From Bacteroidia bacterium (GTDB taxonomy: Bacteria; Bacteroidota; Bacteroidia; M30B66), in contig OZ257142.1 in NCBI GenBank assembly GCA_965279035.1, forward strand, positions 1,280,001 through 1,344,000: a stretch of 64,000 nucleotides of DNA. The letters run 5' to 3'. The notes beneath the pieces are model-generated. The model searched no databases, was not told the origin of the DNA, and saw only the letters and a list, made by a program, of their open reading frames with translations. The translations under genes and the position numbers were made by a program. Positions 23,501 to 31,587 of the stretch are shown in pieces. Positions within the stretch are counted from its first letter, which is position 1. Each line of letters starts with the position of its first letter.

Positions 23501-25614
23501 AAGTAGGAGCCGATGTTACTTTCTCTTCAAACATTAATTTTGGTACACATTGTATTGAATGTACTGCTGATTTAACTCCAGAAGGTGAAGATTGTGGTTT
23601 AGATGTTAATGGAGGTTGTAATTCTGGAACATTTGGTTCTATCACATGTGGGGAAACTATATGCGGAACCTCATTTTTTGATGGAAATACACGTGATACT
23701 GATTGGTTCAATTTCGATGTTCCTTCAACAGGTGTTTATACTGTAAATATTTTAGCTGAATTTGATGGTACTGTTTTCTTTGCTGATGCATCAGACTGTA
23801 ACAACATTTTAACACCAAGTCAAGGAAACTTCACAGCAACTGAACCATTTACTTTAGCTACTTCCTTAACTCCTGGAACTTACACGTTAATCTTAGTTCC
23901 ATCTTTCGATAACGCTCCTTTCACTTGTACAGGCTTCAATGCTTATACACTTGGTTTAAGCAGTGGAAATACACAGATTGCTCCTGTTGCAGATGTTTGT
24001 GAAACAACTCCAGCATTTGATTTATTTGCTATTCCATCTGGTGGTATCTGGTCTGGAACTGGTATTACAGACGCATCAACAGGAACTTTCGATCCTTCTG
24101 TTACAGGTGTAGGTTCATTTGATGTTATTTATGAAGCAGTTGGAACTGGTTGTGCTTCTACTGATACTATTACTATCAATGTTGGTGCAGCTCCTGTTGC
24201 TGATTTTGTAGGTCTTGCATCTACTTATTGTTCAACTGTTGAAAGTGTTGTCCTTACAGGAATCCCTGCAGGTGGTAACTTCTCAATTAGTCCTTCAATT
24301 CCAGGTGCTATTGCAGGAAACATTTTCCTACCAAGCCTACTTACTGCAGGTTCTTATGATGTTACTTATACTGTAAGTGTTCCAAATAGTGTTTGTTCAG
24401 GAACTATAACTCAAACAGTTGTTATTGTTGATGGTCCATCCGTTACGATTGATCCTATTGCTCCTGCAGTTTGTTCTCAAGATGCTGCTATTACACTATC
24501 TGGTACACCTTCAACTGGTGTATTTAGTGGAAATGGTGTCATAGGTTCTACATTTGATCCTACTTTATCAGGTACAGGTAATCAGACTATAACATACACT
24601 GTTACTGAAGCTGGAAATGCATGTCCTGGTATTGCAACTACTCAAATTCAAGTCAATCCAGCCCCTATTGTTTCCATTAGTGGTGTTTCTGGTGACTACT
24701 GCTTGAACTCAGGTGCTGTAACAATGATTGGCTTACCTGCACTCGGTACTTTCTTAATTGATGGTGTTGCTTCAGGTGCTTCGTTTGATCCTGCTGTTGC
24801 TGGTTTAGGTTCTCATACATTACGTTATGAATTCAATAATGGAACATGTACTGGCTTTGACGAAGTAACAGTGAATGTTGTAAATAACTTAAGTGTTACT
24901 ATCAATAACCTTCCTGCAACAATTTGTTCTAAAGACGATCCAATTTTATTGACTTCAACACCTGCTGGGGCTGTATTTAGTGGTCAAGGTGTAATAGGGG
25001 GAAATACTTTTGATCCATCTCAAGTAACAGTTGGTAGTCATTCTATTACTGCTACTTATTCTAACGGTAATTGTTCAGCTACAGCATCTCAATCAATTGT
25101 TGTGAATCCTGAGCCAACTGCTAGTTTCAATTACAGTGCAAATGGTTCTAGTGTAGTATTTAGTAATACATCTTCAAATGCTACAAGCTATTCTTGGAAT
25201 TTTGGCGATGGAAGTGCTCCAAGTACTGCAACAAATCCAACTCACAATTATTCCTCAAATGGATCTTACACAATCCAATTGACTGCATCTTCTGCAAATT
25301 GTGGTGACGCTACATTCTCAGTTCAATTAGAACTTTCAGTAGGAATAGGAAGTATCGATGGTGTTGATATGATTCAATTATATCCTAACCCAACAAGTGG
25401 AAATGTGATGCTTTCATTTAATTCATTGAATCAACAATCTTTTGAAGTTCGTATTACGGATGCAACTGGTCGTTTAATTCAAACGGAAGCTTTAACAAAC
25501 TACGTTGGTAAATTCAATAAGATGTTTGATCTTAGTGATAAGGCTAAAGGAGTTTATATTTTCACAGTTTCTTCTGAGAAAGGTTCGATTAACTTCCGAG
25601 TTGTTCGCGACTAA
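14551..25614 (+). CDS. Giant T9SS cargo surface protein: GEVED, proprotein-convertase P-like domain, 12 FN3-like and 9 CUB-like repeats, second GEVED, FN3, Ig-like spacers, PKD, T9SS CTD
   Basis: Signal peptide MKKLYS...LKAQ; GETEDY and GEVEDY; DLDIYLESP...NGLWKLRVCD; repeated YDVYFGT and FYDSGG...F.SD....GW; YSWNFGDG (PKD); LYPNPTSG...GVYIF (CTD). Confidence 0.88.
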   Translation: MKKLYSIFITLLLLTFASNSLKAQCPYDNNFYTTLSAPSVIGASVGGGDCIYAGEYYRISGLQAGSTYRISTCNTTDVADTRVTVYAEGGVGAALTFNDDFCGLLSRVDFTPSVSGNYDVLVDATGSGNTCVSINECVELTVTLIGTSGSVSYCIPSYTVGTSNGDFINGVSLGLINNQNSGSASGPAYHDYTNLATSLNSSSSYTLAVKNNPDFSEIVSAWIDYNQDFEFSEDERLGQVSIAANGTGNINFTTASNPLAGPTRMRVRMVFSVPVSGGSVSPCLSSQFGETEDYTVNFSSDPPGPPSALTFSTACGLSTSIQDNACPNNTLSTVTVSGLTSLGTGHILTSAAIIIEHPMAADLDIYLESPTGEIVELSTDNGGSGSDYGQYTIGNCSQTAKFIMSASTPVSGSSAPFIGSYIPEGDLNNFNAGVNPNGLWKLRVCDDFSGDIGTIRYFELNFDLNATEPPACADSYTIIDGSSNVELNQILSWTAGSGNPTSYDVYFGTAVDALVLVSNNQSGTSFDPGAYNPNTTYYYQVIPSNNAGDATGCPVVSFTTVDAGATTILQSNGSVTTCAGNFFDSGGVNGNYDNNEFSMLTIYPETPGSAIEVDFTSFDLDASFDFLAIADGIDGNAPVIGLYSGNTSPGTVTATNPDGALTFLFSSDDIGTFDGWVATVNCVPLQALPECSVNNLPSDGSVDQSITSQLSWDAVSGATGYDVYFGTDANPVLVASGITEITYDPGVLLNQTIYYYKIVPVNLNGSAVSCSTYSFSTVNAPGNIILMQEGTVSTCDAQFFDSGNSTSNYSNDENTTLTISPSTANSVVEVVFNSFASEQDLDNLLIYNGSNTSGTLLQTLTGTISGPVTVTSTSSDGALTFVFSSDFQVNNAGWDATISCIALPDAPTCVIPSSPVNLASDVALDATLSWTQGVGETPDSYDVYFGTASDALVLVSDNQVGTSYSPVGLLNSTTYYWSVIASNAGGSSANNPSDCFVNSFTTIALPTTPTCPVLSGPADASTNVALDVTLSWTAGIGAPTESYNVYFGTAADALVQLSSGEIFTTYSPSSLLNNTTYYWSITATNTEGTSSNCDVYNFTTLPVVLEAPSCVVPSSPIDAAIDIAIDATISWSAGLGGAPDSYDVYFGTAADALVLVSNDQVGTSYTPTGMLNGTTYYWSVIATNTAGSSANIPADCFVNSFTTIDQVNPTDIIMQNGSVTACSGNFYDSGSLADNYSDDESYVLTVTPDVSGNLLQVNFTAFDVEQDFDSLYVYDGNSIAAPLIGAYSGTLTPFIVTSSATDGSLTFKFTSDASANFAGWEAELSCIDPNVAPSCASNLSPADLSTGIFTSPTLTWENGGGLVTGYDVYFGTASDALVLVSDNQTGTSFDPGSLDLNTTYYWQIIPSNGSLAASGCSINSFTTSAVLQVLMSNATVTTCEAEFYDSGAADNDYSLEEYSLITFLPETPNNAIQVTFNSFDLEQSTFTGTIYDSLIVYNGPDATYPIIGVYSGTTIPGPFVSSDPSGALSFHFSSDVSVTRAGWDANVICISTTDAPSCATNFAPSDLSTDVSVAPELTWTSGGGIVTGYDVYFGTASDALVLVSSAQTATSFSPGALELNTTYYWQVVPANGALSATDCSVNSFTTEAVANIIMQNNSLTVCNANFFDSGNSTSDYTSGENFTLSLLPATPGNVLEVIFSEFDLEQSTFDGTIYDSLIVYDGPDATFPVIGVYSGTTIPGPFVSTDASGALTFHFSSDISVTHAGWVASVNCIDPEGLPNCAENFSPADAATDVLVTSTSLSWTSGGGNVTGYDVYFGTDISSLPIVSPNQAGTTYSLGTLDLNTTYYWQIVPINANGSATGCSINSFTTSPNLDVLMTTATITTCAANFFDSGGPDNDYQNGESSLITFIPETPNSAIQVTFNTFDIEQSTFSSTIYDSLIVYNGPDATYPIIGVYSGTTIPGPFVSSDPSGALSFYFSSDISVAHFGWDADVACISTQDVPTCATNLSPADLATDVSFISQLSWTAPSGVVTGYDVYFGTASDALVLVSNDQVGTSYDPGALELNTTYYWQIIPVNTAGEAVGCSVQSFTTSPNADFVIFNGETTICDANLFDTGGSAGDYQLNEDFTLTIYPSTPGALIQLDFNAFDIEDGWDFLDVYYGNSATGTAAFNLTGNVLPAQIISTATDGSITLHFTSDDINVGPGFDISISCFVPTSVPECVTNPSPADAAIGSAINTSISWTAATGFPTGYDVYFGTDPSALVLVSDNQTGTSYTPSGLLAGTTYYWQIVPYNDQGSSVGCSVYSFTTGQEENVNMFTGTVTTCAANFYDSGGPAAAYQNGENSLLTFLPATPNNAIKVTFNSFDIEQGFGFYDSLIVYNGPDATFPVLGIFSGLNIPGPFVSTDPSGALSFHFSSDISVTHVGWDADVICVSTTEIPGCVINPSPADAATDVNAASAPLIWYSSTGIATGYDVYFGTDPSALALISAGQSGTSFDPGQLDLNTTYYWQIIPSNLIGSASDCQVFSFTTGGSIDVLMSNATITTCAANFYDSGGSAGTYQNNESSLITFIPATANNAIQVIFTEFNLEQSTFNNFIFDSLIVYNGPDATYPVIGIYSGTTIPGPFVSSDPSGAISFHFSSDVSVTRLGWAATVNCIDASLPPSCATISTGPADGSTDICVNEAVFTWASGPGAPATSYDVYFDFGSGLILVSDDQTASSFDPGILDTNTTYSIQIIPSNANGSAVGCLPITFTTGTCLHYCDAGATTCDEFIANVELGNINNATDCTPGGYNDYTALSADLYVGTSSPITITNGSTQWTGDQCGVWIDWNHDGDFGDANETITVTGTPGTGPYTASITPPVDAFIGSTTMRVRITFTGLVDPCGIAGFGEVEDYTINVLPALTCPFPNNILTSETTTTSTVVTWDAVTDVLEYQIRYRLASEPTTVATWSTPLVVPAPLTFTFLENLTACEDYIIQIGSVCEVGADVTFSSNINFGTHCIECTADLTPEGEDCGLDVNGGCNSGTFGSITCGETICGTSFFDGNTRDTDWFNFDVPSTGVYTVNILAEFDGTVFFADASDCNNILTPSQGNFTATEPFTLATSLTPGTYTLILVPSFDNAPFTCTGFNAYTLGLSSGNTQIAPVADVCETTPAFDLFAIPSGGIWSGTGITDASTGTFDPSVTGVGSFDVIYEAVGTGCASTDTITINVGAAPVADFVGLASTYCSTVESVVLTGIPAGGNFSISPSIPGAIAGNIFLPSLLTAGSYDVTYTVSVPNSVCSGTITQTVVIVDGPSVTIDPIAPAVCSQDAAITLSGTPSTGVFSGNGVIGSTFDPTLSGTGNQTITYTVTEAGNACPGIATTQIQVNPAPIVSISGVSGDYCLNSGAVTMIGLPALGTFLIDGVASGASFDPAVAGLGSHTLRYEFNNGTCTGFDEVTVNVVNNLSVTINNLPATICSKDDPILLTSTPAGAVFSGQGVIGGNTFDPSQVTVGSHSITATYSNGNCSATASQSIVVNPEPTASFNYSANGSSVVFSNTSSNATSYSWNFGDGSAPSTATNPTHNYSSNGSYTIQLTASSANCGDATFSVQLELSVGIGSIDGVDMIQLYPNPTSGNVMLSFNSLNQQSFEVRITDATGRLIQTEALTNYVGKFNKMFDLSDKAKGVYIFTVSSEKGSINFRVVRD
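15955..22830 (+). repeat. Intragenic tandem array of alternating FN3-like and CUB-like modules
   Basis: Recurring TATGATGTTTATTTTGG (YDVYFG) and GGTCCTTTTGTTTC/GGACCATTTGTTTC (GPFVS) blocks; approximate boundaries. Confidence 0.85.
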
Positions 25615-25630
25615 TTAAATAGTATAATTG

Positions 25631-25665
25631 AAAAGCCGCTTTGTTCAATCAAAGCGGCTTTTTTT
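25631..25665 (+). terminator. Intrinsic terminator of the giant-protein gene
   Basis: AAAAGCCGCTTTG-ttcaat-CAAAGCGGCTTTTTTT. Confidence 0.88.
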
Positions 25666-25714
25666 ATGCTCGTTATTTCATAAAATATATTCAGAACACT
25701 ATTCAAGTGTCTGC

Positions 25715-25744
25715 AAAAAAAAAGAGCCTATTTAAAGGCTCTTT
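25715..25744 (-). terminator. Intrinsic terminator of hpt-adk
   Basis: AAAGAGCCT-atttaa-AGGCTCTTT preceded by an A run (U tract on the minus strand). Confidence 0.75.
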
Positions 25745-25770
25745 CATATAGTCGGAATTCTATTATTTTG

Positions 25771-26337
25771 TTATTCTAATGCTTTACAAAGTGCATTGAA
25801 AATTTCTTCGAGACTTCCTTCTCCTTTAATTGATTTGAATTTATTCTGTGCGTTATAGTGTGAAGCTACGGGTGATGTTTTGTCATTATATTCTTTAATT
25901 CTATTTCTAATAATAGAAACATCTTGATCATCACTTCTTCCAGAATCTTTACCTCTATTCAAAAGTCTTTTCACTAATTCATCTTCATTTACTTCTAATG
26001 CAAGCATAGCAGTAATTGACGTATTTAGCTCTTGAAGCAAATTGTCTAACGCTTGAGCTTGAGGAATTGTCCTCGGAAAGCCATCAAATATGAAACCCTG
26101 TGCTTTAGGATTTGATTCTAGTTTTGATCGTATCATTCCAATCACAACTTCATCAGGAACTAATATCCCTTGATCCATTAATTTTTTTGCTTCTAAACCT
26201 AGCTTAGTCCCTGCCGTAATCTCACTGCGCAGTAAATCACCAGTCGATAAATGATTTAAATGAAAGTGATTTACAAGGAAACTAGACTGTGTTCCCTTTC
26301 CAGCACCAGGAGGACCGAATAGAACGATGTTGAGCAT
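25771..26337 (-). CDS. adk: Adenylate kinase (short LID)
   Basis: GPPGAGKGTQ, STGDLLR, FDGFPRT, GRSDD. Confidence 0.95.
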   Translation of the reverse strand: MLNIVLFGPPGAGKGTQSSFLVNHFHLNHLSTGDLLRSEITAGTKLGLEAKKLMDQGILVPDEVVIGMIRSKLESNPKAQGFIFDGFPRTIPQAQALDNLLQELNTSITAMLALEVNEDELVKRLLNRGKDSGRSDDQDVSIIRNRIKEYNDKTSPVASHYNAQNKFKSIKGEGSLEEIFNALCKALE

Positions 26338-26343
26338 GTTATT

Positions 26344-26877
26344 TCAAGTAAGTTGGTAAATGTCAGGTAAATTTCGTCCTATACCATTAAGATCTAAACC
26401 GTAGCCAACGACAAATTTCTCTGGAATAGAAAAGCAAATATAATCGGGTTTTATATTTTCAATTAAAGATTCTGGTTTGAATAATAAAGCTGCTATTTTA
26501 ATCGAATTCGGTTTTTTATTTATTAGTTGATTTATAATTGATTTCATTGTTTGTCCTGTATCAATAATATCTTCAAGTAAAATAATATCTCTACCTTCAA
26601 TTGATTCTTGAAGTCCAACAAGTTCTTTCACTATACCGCTTGTTGAAGTACCAGAATATGAAGAAAGTTTTATAAAACTGATTTCACATTGAATCGATAT
26701 TTTTTTTAAAAGATCAGAAGTGAACATGAATGAACCATTAAGGACACTTATAAATAGTGGTTTTTTATCTGAATATTGACTATTTATTTGATCAGCAATC
26801 CCTTGAATTGCAGTTAATATTTCATTTTCGGAAATATAAAGACCAAAGGTTTTATCCTCAATTATTACTTGTTTCAT
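26344..26877 (-). CDS. hpt: Hypoxanthine phosphoribosyltransferase
   Basis: VLNGSFMF, LLEDIIDTG, FVVGYGLD, GRNL. Confidence 0.93.
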   Translation of the reverse strand: MKQVIIEDKTFGLYISENEILTAIQGIADQINSQYSDKKPLFISVLNGSFMFTSDLLKKISIQCEISFIKLSSYSGTSTSGIVKELVGLQESIEGRDIILLEDIIDTGQTMKSIINQLINKKPNSIKIAALLFKPESLIENIKPDYICFSIPEKFVVGYGLDLNGIGRNLPDIYQLT

Positions 26878-26929
26878 AGAAGTCAGCCAAAATATACAAT
26901 TTCTTCATGCCACATGGTATATTTGGCAA

Positions 26930-28075
26930 ATGCAATCAAAGCAAAAACACAATACTAAAATAGGAATCCTTGGTGGAGGTCAACTTGGTAGAATGTTCAT
27001 TCAGCAGGCAATTTCTTATAATCAAGAAATTCATGTTTTAGATCCTGATCCAAATGCCCCTTGTAAAAACATTGCTTCTCATTTTGTAGAAGGTGATTTT
27101 AGGGATTTTGAAACAGTTATAGCGTTTGGGAGAAGTGTAGATATTTTAACTATTGAAATTGAACAAGTAAATATAGAAGCACTTGAGCAACTTGAAAGAG
27201 AAGGGATTGACGTATTTCCACAATCATCTGTAATAAGAACAATTCAAGATAAAGGCACTCAAAAATTCTTTTATACGAATAATCAAATTCCTACTTCACC
27301 TTTTATTTTGATTGATTCACAAGAAGATATTAAGGAATTAGATCCTTCTTGGTTTCCATGTTTTGTTAAGAGTAGAAAGGATGGTTATGATGGAAAAGGA
27401 GTGCAACTGTTAAGCTCACCACTTGATTATATTCTTTCATTTGATGTTCCTTCAATTATAGAAAAAGCTGTTCAAATCGAGCTCGAATTTGCAGTTATCA
27501 TTGCATCAAATGGACAAGGTGATATTAAAAGTTTCCCATTAATCGATATGGAATTTAATCCTCAATTAAATCTCGTAGATACATTATCAGCACCGTCTCG
27601 ATTAACTGAGGATATTCAGTCTGAAGCAATTGATATTGCACAAAGAATTATTGAGAAACTTGGAATTCGTGGAATATTGGCCATTGAGTTTTTTCTAACA
27701 AAAGAGGGTGAAATTTTAGTAAATGAAATGGCACCTCGTACTCATAATTCGGGGCATCATACAATAGAAGGGAATGCAACTAGTCAATTTGAGCAGCACT
27801 TTAGAGCGATATTAGGTTGGCCTTTAGGTGATTCACGTACATTAATGCCTGCAGTTATGATTAATTTATTGGGTGAAGATGGATATCAAGGCCCGGTTAA
27901 AATCCAAGGCTTAGAGGAAATATTGAAAATACCAATGACTTATGTACATCTTTATGGTAAAAATAGTACGAAGCCATTCCGAAAAATGGGACATGTAACT
28001 ATTCTTGCTAATAGTTATCATGAAGCTCATCAGAATGCTAATATTGTAAAAGAGAAATTAAAAATAATCAGCTAG
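26930..28075 (+). CDS. purK: N5-carboxyaminoimidazole ribonucleotide synthase
   Basis: [39 protein letters not shown]. Confidence 0.95.
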   Translation: MQSKQKHNTKIGILGGGQLGRMFIQQAISYNQEIHVLDPDPNAPCKNIASHFVEGDFRDFETVIAFGRSVDILTIEIEQVNIEALEQLEREGIDVFPQSSVIRTIQDKGTQKFFYTNNQIPTSPFILIDSQEDIKELDPSWFPCFVKSRKDGYDGKGVQLLSSPLDYILSFDVPSIIEKAVQIELEFAVIIASNGQGDIKSFPLIDMEFNPQLNLVDTLSAPSRLTEDIQSEAIDIAQRIIEKLGIRGILAIEFFLTKEGEILVNEMAPRTHNSGHHTIEGNATSQFEQHFRAILGWPLGDSRTLMPAVMINLLGEDGYQGPVKIQGLEEILKIPMTYVHLYGKNSTKPFRKMGHVTILANSYHEAHQNANIVKEKLKIIS

Positions 28076-28080
28076 AAATT

Positions 28081-28611
28081 ATGGGATCATTAACTGCGAA
28101 AGTCTCAATTATAATGGGTAGTCAAAGTGATTTGCCAATACTCCAGGAAGCTGCATTTTATTTGGATAAATTTGAAATTCCTTTCGAAATATCCATTGTT
28201 TCTGCACATAGAACCCCAGAAAGAATGGTTGAGTATGCTCAATCAGCGCGAGCTCGTGGAATCAAAGTAATTATTGCAGGAGCAGGTGGTGCCGCTCATT
28301 TACCTGGAATGGTTGCTTCGTTAACTACCTTGCCAGTTATTGGGGTTCCTGTTAAATCAAGTAATTCGATTGATGGATGGGATTCAGTTTTATCAATTTT
28401 GCAAATGCCTACTGGAGTTCCAGTCGCAACTGTGGCATTGAATGGAGCTGCTAATGCAGGAATTCTAGCGGCTCAGATGCTTTCCATAAGTGATTCAGAA
28501 ATTGCTGAAAAACTTCATTCATTTAAAATTGAACTTAAGGAAAAAGTCCAGGCTTCTATTTCTAAAGTTGAAGGTTTGTCATTTAAATACTTGACACCAA
28601 CATCATTTTAA
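28081..28611 (+). CDS. purE: N5-CAIR mutase
   Basis: [35 protein letters not shown]. Confidence 0.96.
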   Translation: MGSLTAKVSIIMGSQSDLPILQEAAFYLDKFEIPFEISIVSAHRTPERMVEYAQSARARGIKVIIAGAGGAAHLPGMVASLTTLPVIGVPVKSSNSIDGWDSVLSILQMPTGVPVATVALNGAANAGILAAQMLSISDSEIAEKLHSFKIELKEKVQASISKVEGLSFKYLTPTSF

Positions 28612-28666
28612 GAGTTTTTAAACAAGCTATTGTTGTTTAGAAAATTAGCATGTATTTTAGATTCTG

Positions 28667-29491
28667 ATGAAGCACTTGTATTTAACATGTTTAGGAATAT
28701 TCTTTATTTCAGTTATTCAAGCTGGAAATGACAATACACATTTTGGAGCACGTTCGGCCGCATTAGGAAATGCATCTGTAACATTATCTGATGTATGGTC
28801 TGCTCATCATAATCAAGCTGGATTAGGATTTATTACAAAAGCATGTGCAGGAGTTTCTTATGAAAATCGTTTTTTAGTTCCCGAATTGGGTTTAAGTGGA
28901 GCTGTCGTTGCATTGCCATTAAAAGAAAAGCGAGGTACGTTTGGGTTAAGCATCCGAAAATTTGGATATTCACAATACAGTGAAAGTAAAATAGGATTAG
29001 GTTTTGGCCGAGCTTTCGGTGAGCATTTGAGTATTGGAATGCAAATTAACTATCAAAATGTACAATTTGCAGATGTGTATGGGAGTAAAACAGCCTTTAC
29101 AGTAGAAGCAGGTGCTATTTATAAATTATCTCCAGTTTTAACTGTTGCTGCTCATGTATTTAATCCTAACCGTTCACGATTAACAGAATTAGATCAAGAT
29201 CGATTGCCTGTTGCTATGCGTTTTGGATTGAGGTATCAATTTTCAAATATGGTTTTTATTGCTGCTGAAACAGAAAAGGACAGTTATAATAAACCGGTTT
29301 TTAGAGCTGGAATAGAATACATGGCTGGTAGTGTACTTTATTTAAGAGCTGGAATGGGCAGTCAACCTATTAGCAGTTCATTTGGGTTTGGTTTGAAGTT
29401 GAAAAAACTTCAAATAGATATGGCCGGAAATTTCCATCCAGTACTTGGTTTCTCTCCTCAATTTTCATTGACTTATCAATTTCGCGATTGA
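28667..29491 (+). CDS. Outer-membrane beta-barrel protein (PorV/PorQ-like superfamily)
   Basis: Signal peptide, GARSAALG...WSAHHNQAGL N-terminal motif, amphipathic strands, terminal LTYQF. Confidence 0.6.
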   Translation: MKHLYLTCLGIFFISVIQAGNDNTHFGARSAALGNASVTLSDVWSAHHNQAGLGFITKACAGVSYENRFLVPELGLSGAVVALPLKEKRGTFGLSIRKFGYSQYSESKIGLGFGRAFGEHLSIGMQINYQNVQFADVYGSKTAFTVEAGAIYKLSPVLTVAAHVFNPNRSRLTELDQDRLPVAMRFGLRYQFSNMVFIAAETEKDSYNKPVFRAGIEYMAGSVLYLRAGMGSQPISSSFGFGLKLKKLQIDMAGNFHPVLGFSPQFSLTYQFRD

Positions 29492-29493
29492 GT

Positions 29494-31587
29494 ATGATGA
29501 AAATTAATTACTACTCAAGCTTTCTCATTTTATTCTTGATTTTATCTGAGTCAATTTATGCTCAAGTAAGTCCAAAGAATGATAATTTTTTAGAACGAAA
29601 AATTGAAAACCTAGCTGAGAATACTACACAGGATGTTGATTACACGAATATTTTCGACAATCTCGCTTTCTTGCAAGAACATCCGATGGATTTGAATTCA
29701 GCGACATCTGATCAACTTGAGCAATTGCTCATTTTAAATGATTTTCAGATAGCCAATTTGATCAAACACCGTGAGGATTATGGAAAATTACTTTCTGTTT
29801 TTGAGCTACAAGCTGTTGAAGGATTTGATCTCGCATTAATTTATCAGTTACTACCTTATGTAAAAGTAGATCGAGACTTAAATCGTTTGAATATTTCTTT
29901 AAAAGATATGATGCGCTATTCAACGCAGGAACTATTCTTTCGTGTATCTCAAACAATTGAACAGCAAAAAGGATTTTCACCCATTAGTTCTGAAGATTTA
30001 GCTGCAAATCCGAATGCCCGATATTTAGGTAGTCCGCAACGGCTTTTTACTCGATATCGATATAAATACGGAAATTATTTTAGTGCAGGTTTTACTGCGG
30101 AAAAAGATGCTGGGGAAGAATTTTTTAAAGGTTCGCAAAAGCAAGGTTTCGACTTTATGACTGGACATATTGCAGTTCAGAATATTGGCAAATTAAAATC
30201 GTTGAATATTGGTGATTATCAAGCTCAATTTGGACAAGGACTAACTTTTTGGTCCGGATTTGCATTTGGAAAGACTGCTGATGTTTTGAGTATTAAACGC
30301 AGTGCAATTGGATTAAAGCCCTATACTTCAGTAAATGAAAATTTGTTTTTAAGAGGAGCCGCTACAACTTGGAGAATAGGAAAATTTGAAGCAACTGTTT
30401 TTGGTTCTGATAAAAAGGTGAATACAAATGCTGCATCGATTGATTCTGTTAGTCAGGATTTACAAGCATTTTCCAACTTCAATTTAAGTGGTTTTCATAG
30501 AACTCCTTCCGAATTATTAGATAAAGGAAATATTCGTGAAAGGATTGCAGGTACACATATCGCCTTTAAGAAACGATCTTTCCAACTTGGTGTTACTGGA
30601 GTTCATTATAACTATAGCGCTCCATTAACTAGAAGTTTGTCACCTTATAATGCATTCGAATTCCGTGGTCAAACAGCTACTAATATTGGAATGGATTATA
30701 ATTGGATTTATCGGAATTTTAATTTATTTGGTGAATTTGCTCGAAGTGCAAATGGTGGATTAGCCTGCACAAATGGGTTTATAGCTAGCTTAGATCCAAG
30801 ACTCACTTTTACTTTTCTTTACCGGAATTTTGCACGCGATTATCATTCTATATATGGTGCAACTATTAGTGAAGGATCTCGAAATATTAATGAAAAAGGA
30901 ACGTATATCGGAATGGTTGCAAAACCAATCAATTACTTTACGATTTCGGCCTATTTTGATCGTTGGCAATTTCCTTGGCTTAAATATTTAGTTGATGCAC
31001 CATCGGGTGGATATGATGGTTTGGTTCAAGTGAATTATACTCCATCTAAAACAGTCGATATGTATTTCCGATATCGAGATAGAATACGTTCTCGAAATAT
31101 TACAGGGGAAGATGATATCGATATTGATTATCCAATTGGTCAACATCAACAAAATTTCCGATTTGATATTTCGTACAAAATATCACCCTCATTTAAACTT
31201 AGAAATCGTATTGAATATGTGAGATTTAATCAACCTAATCATGCCATGGAAACCGGCTATGTCATGTTGCAAGACATAGTTTATAAACCTCTCGGGAAGC
31301 CAGTTACATTCTCATTTCGTTATGCACTTTTTGATACTGATGGGTATAATTCTAGAATTTATGCATACGAGAGTGATGTACTTTATTCGTTTTCTATTCC
31401 AGCATATTTCTATAAAGGTTCACGAACTTATTTAACTCTACAATACGATATTACTCGTAAAATAGATATGTGGTTCCGTATAGCTCAATTCTATTATTCA
31501 AATAAAGATTATACAGGTTCAGGATTATCAGAAGTGCAAGGACATGTCCGTTCCGATTTCCGTATTCAAATCCGATTTAAGTTTTAA
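29494..31587 (+). CDS. Helix-hairpin-helix (ComEA-like) domain protein with C-terminal outer-membrane beta-barrel
   Basis: PMDLNSAT..QL..L...QIANLIKHR..YG.L.S..EL..V.G (ComEA-type HhH); EKDAGE, GDYQAQFGQGL; ends in QIRFKF. Confidence 0.75.
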   Translation: MMKINYYSSFLILFLILSESIYAQVSPKNDNFLERKIENLAENTTQDVDYTNIFDNLAFLQEHPMDLNSATSDQLEQLLILNDFQIANLIKHREDYGKLLSVFELQAVEGFDLALIYQLLPYVKVDRDLNRLNISLKDMMRYSTQELFFRVSQTIEQQKGFSPISSEDLAANPNARYLGSPQRLFTRYRYKYGNYFSAGFTAEKDAGEEFFKGSQKQGFDFMTGHIAVQNIGKLKSLNIGDYQAQFGQGLTFWSGFAFGKTADVLSIKRSAIGLKPYTSVNENLFLRGAATTWRIGKFEATVFGSDKKVNTNAASIDSVSQDLQAFSNFNLSGFHRTPSELLDKGNIRERIAGTHIAFKKRSFQLGVTGVHYNYSAPLTRSLSPYNAFEFRGQTATNIGMDYNWIYRNFNLFGEFARSANGGLACTNGFIASLDPRLTFTFLYRNFARDYHSIYGATISEGSRNINEKGTYIGMVAKPINYFTISAYFDRWQFPWLKYLVDAPSGGYDGLVQVNYTPSKTVDMYFRYRDRIRSRNITGEDDIDIDYPIGQHQQNFRFDISYKISPSFKLRNRIEYVRFNQPNHAMETGYVMLQDIVYKPLGKPVTFSFRYALFDTDGYNSRIYAYESDVLYSFSIPAYFYKGSRTYLTLQYDITRKIDMWFRIAQFYYSNKDYTGSGLSEVQGHVRSDFRIQIRFKF

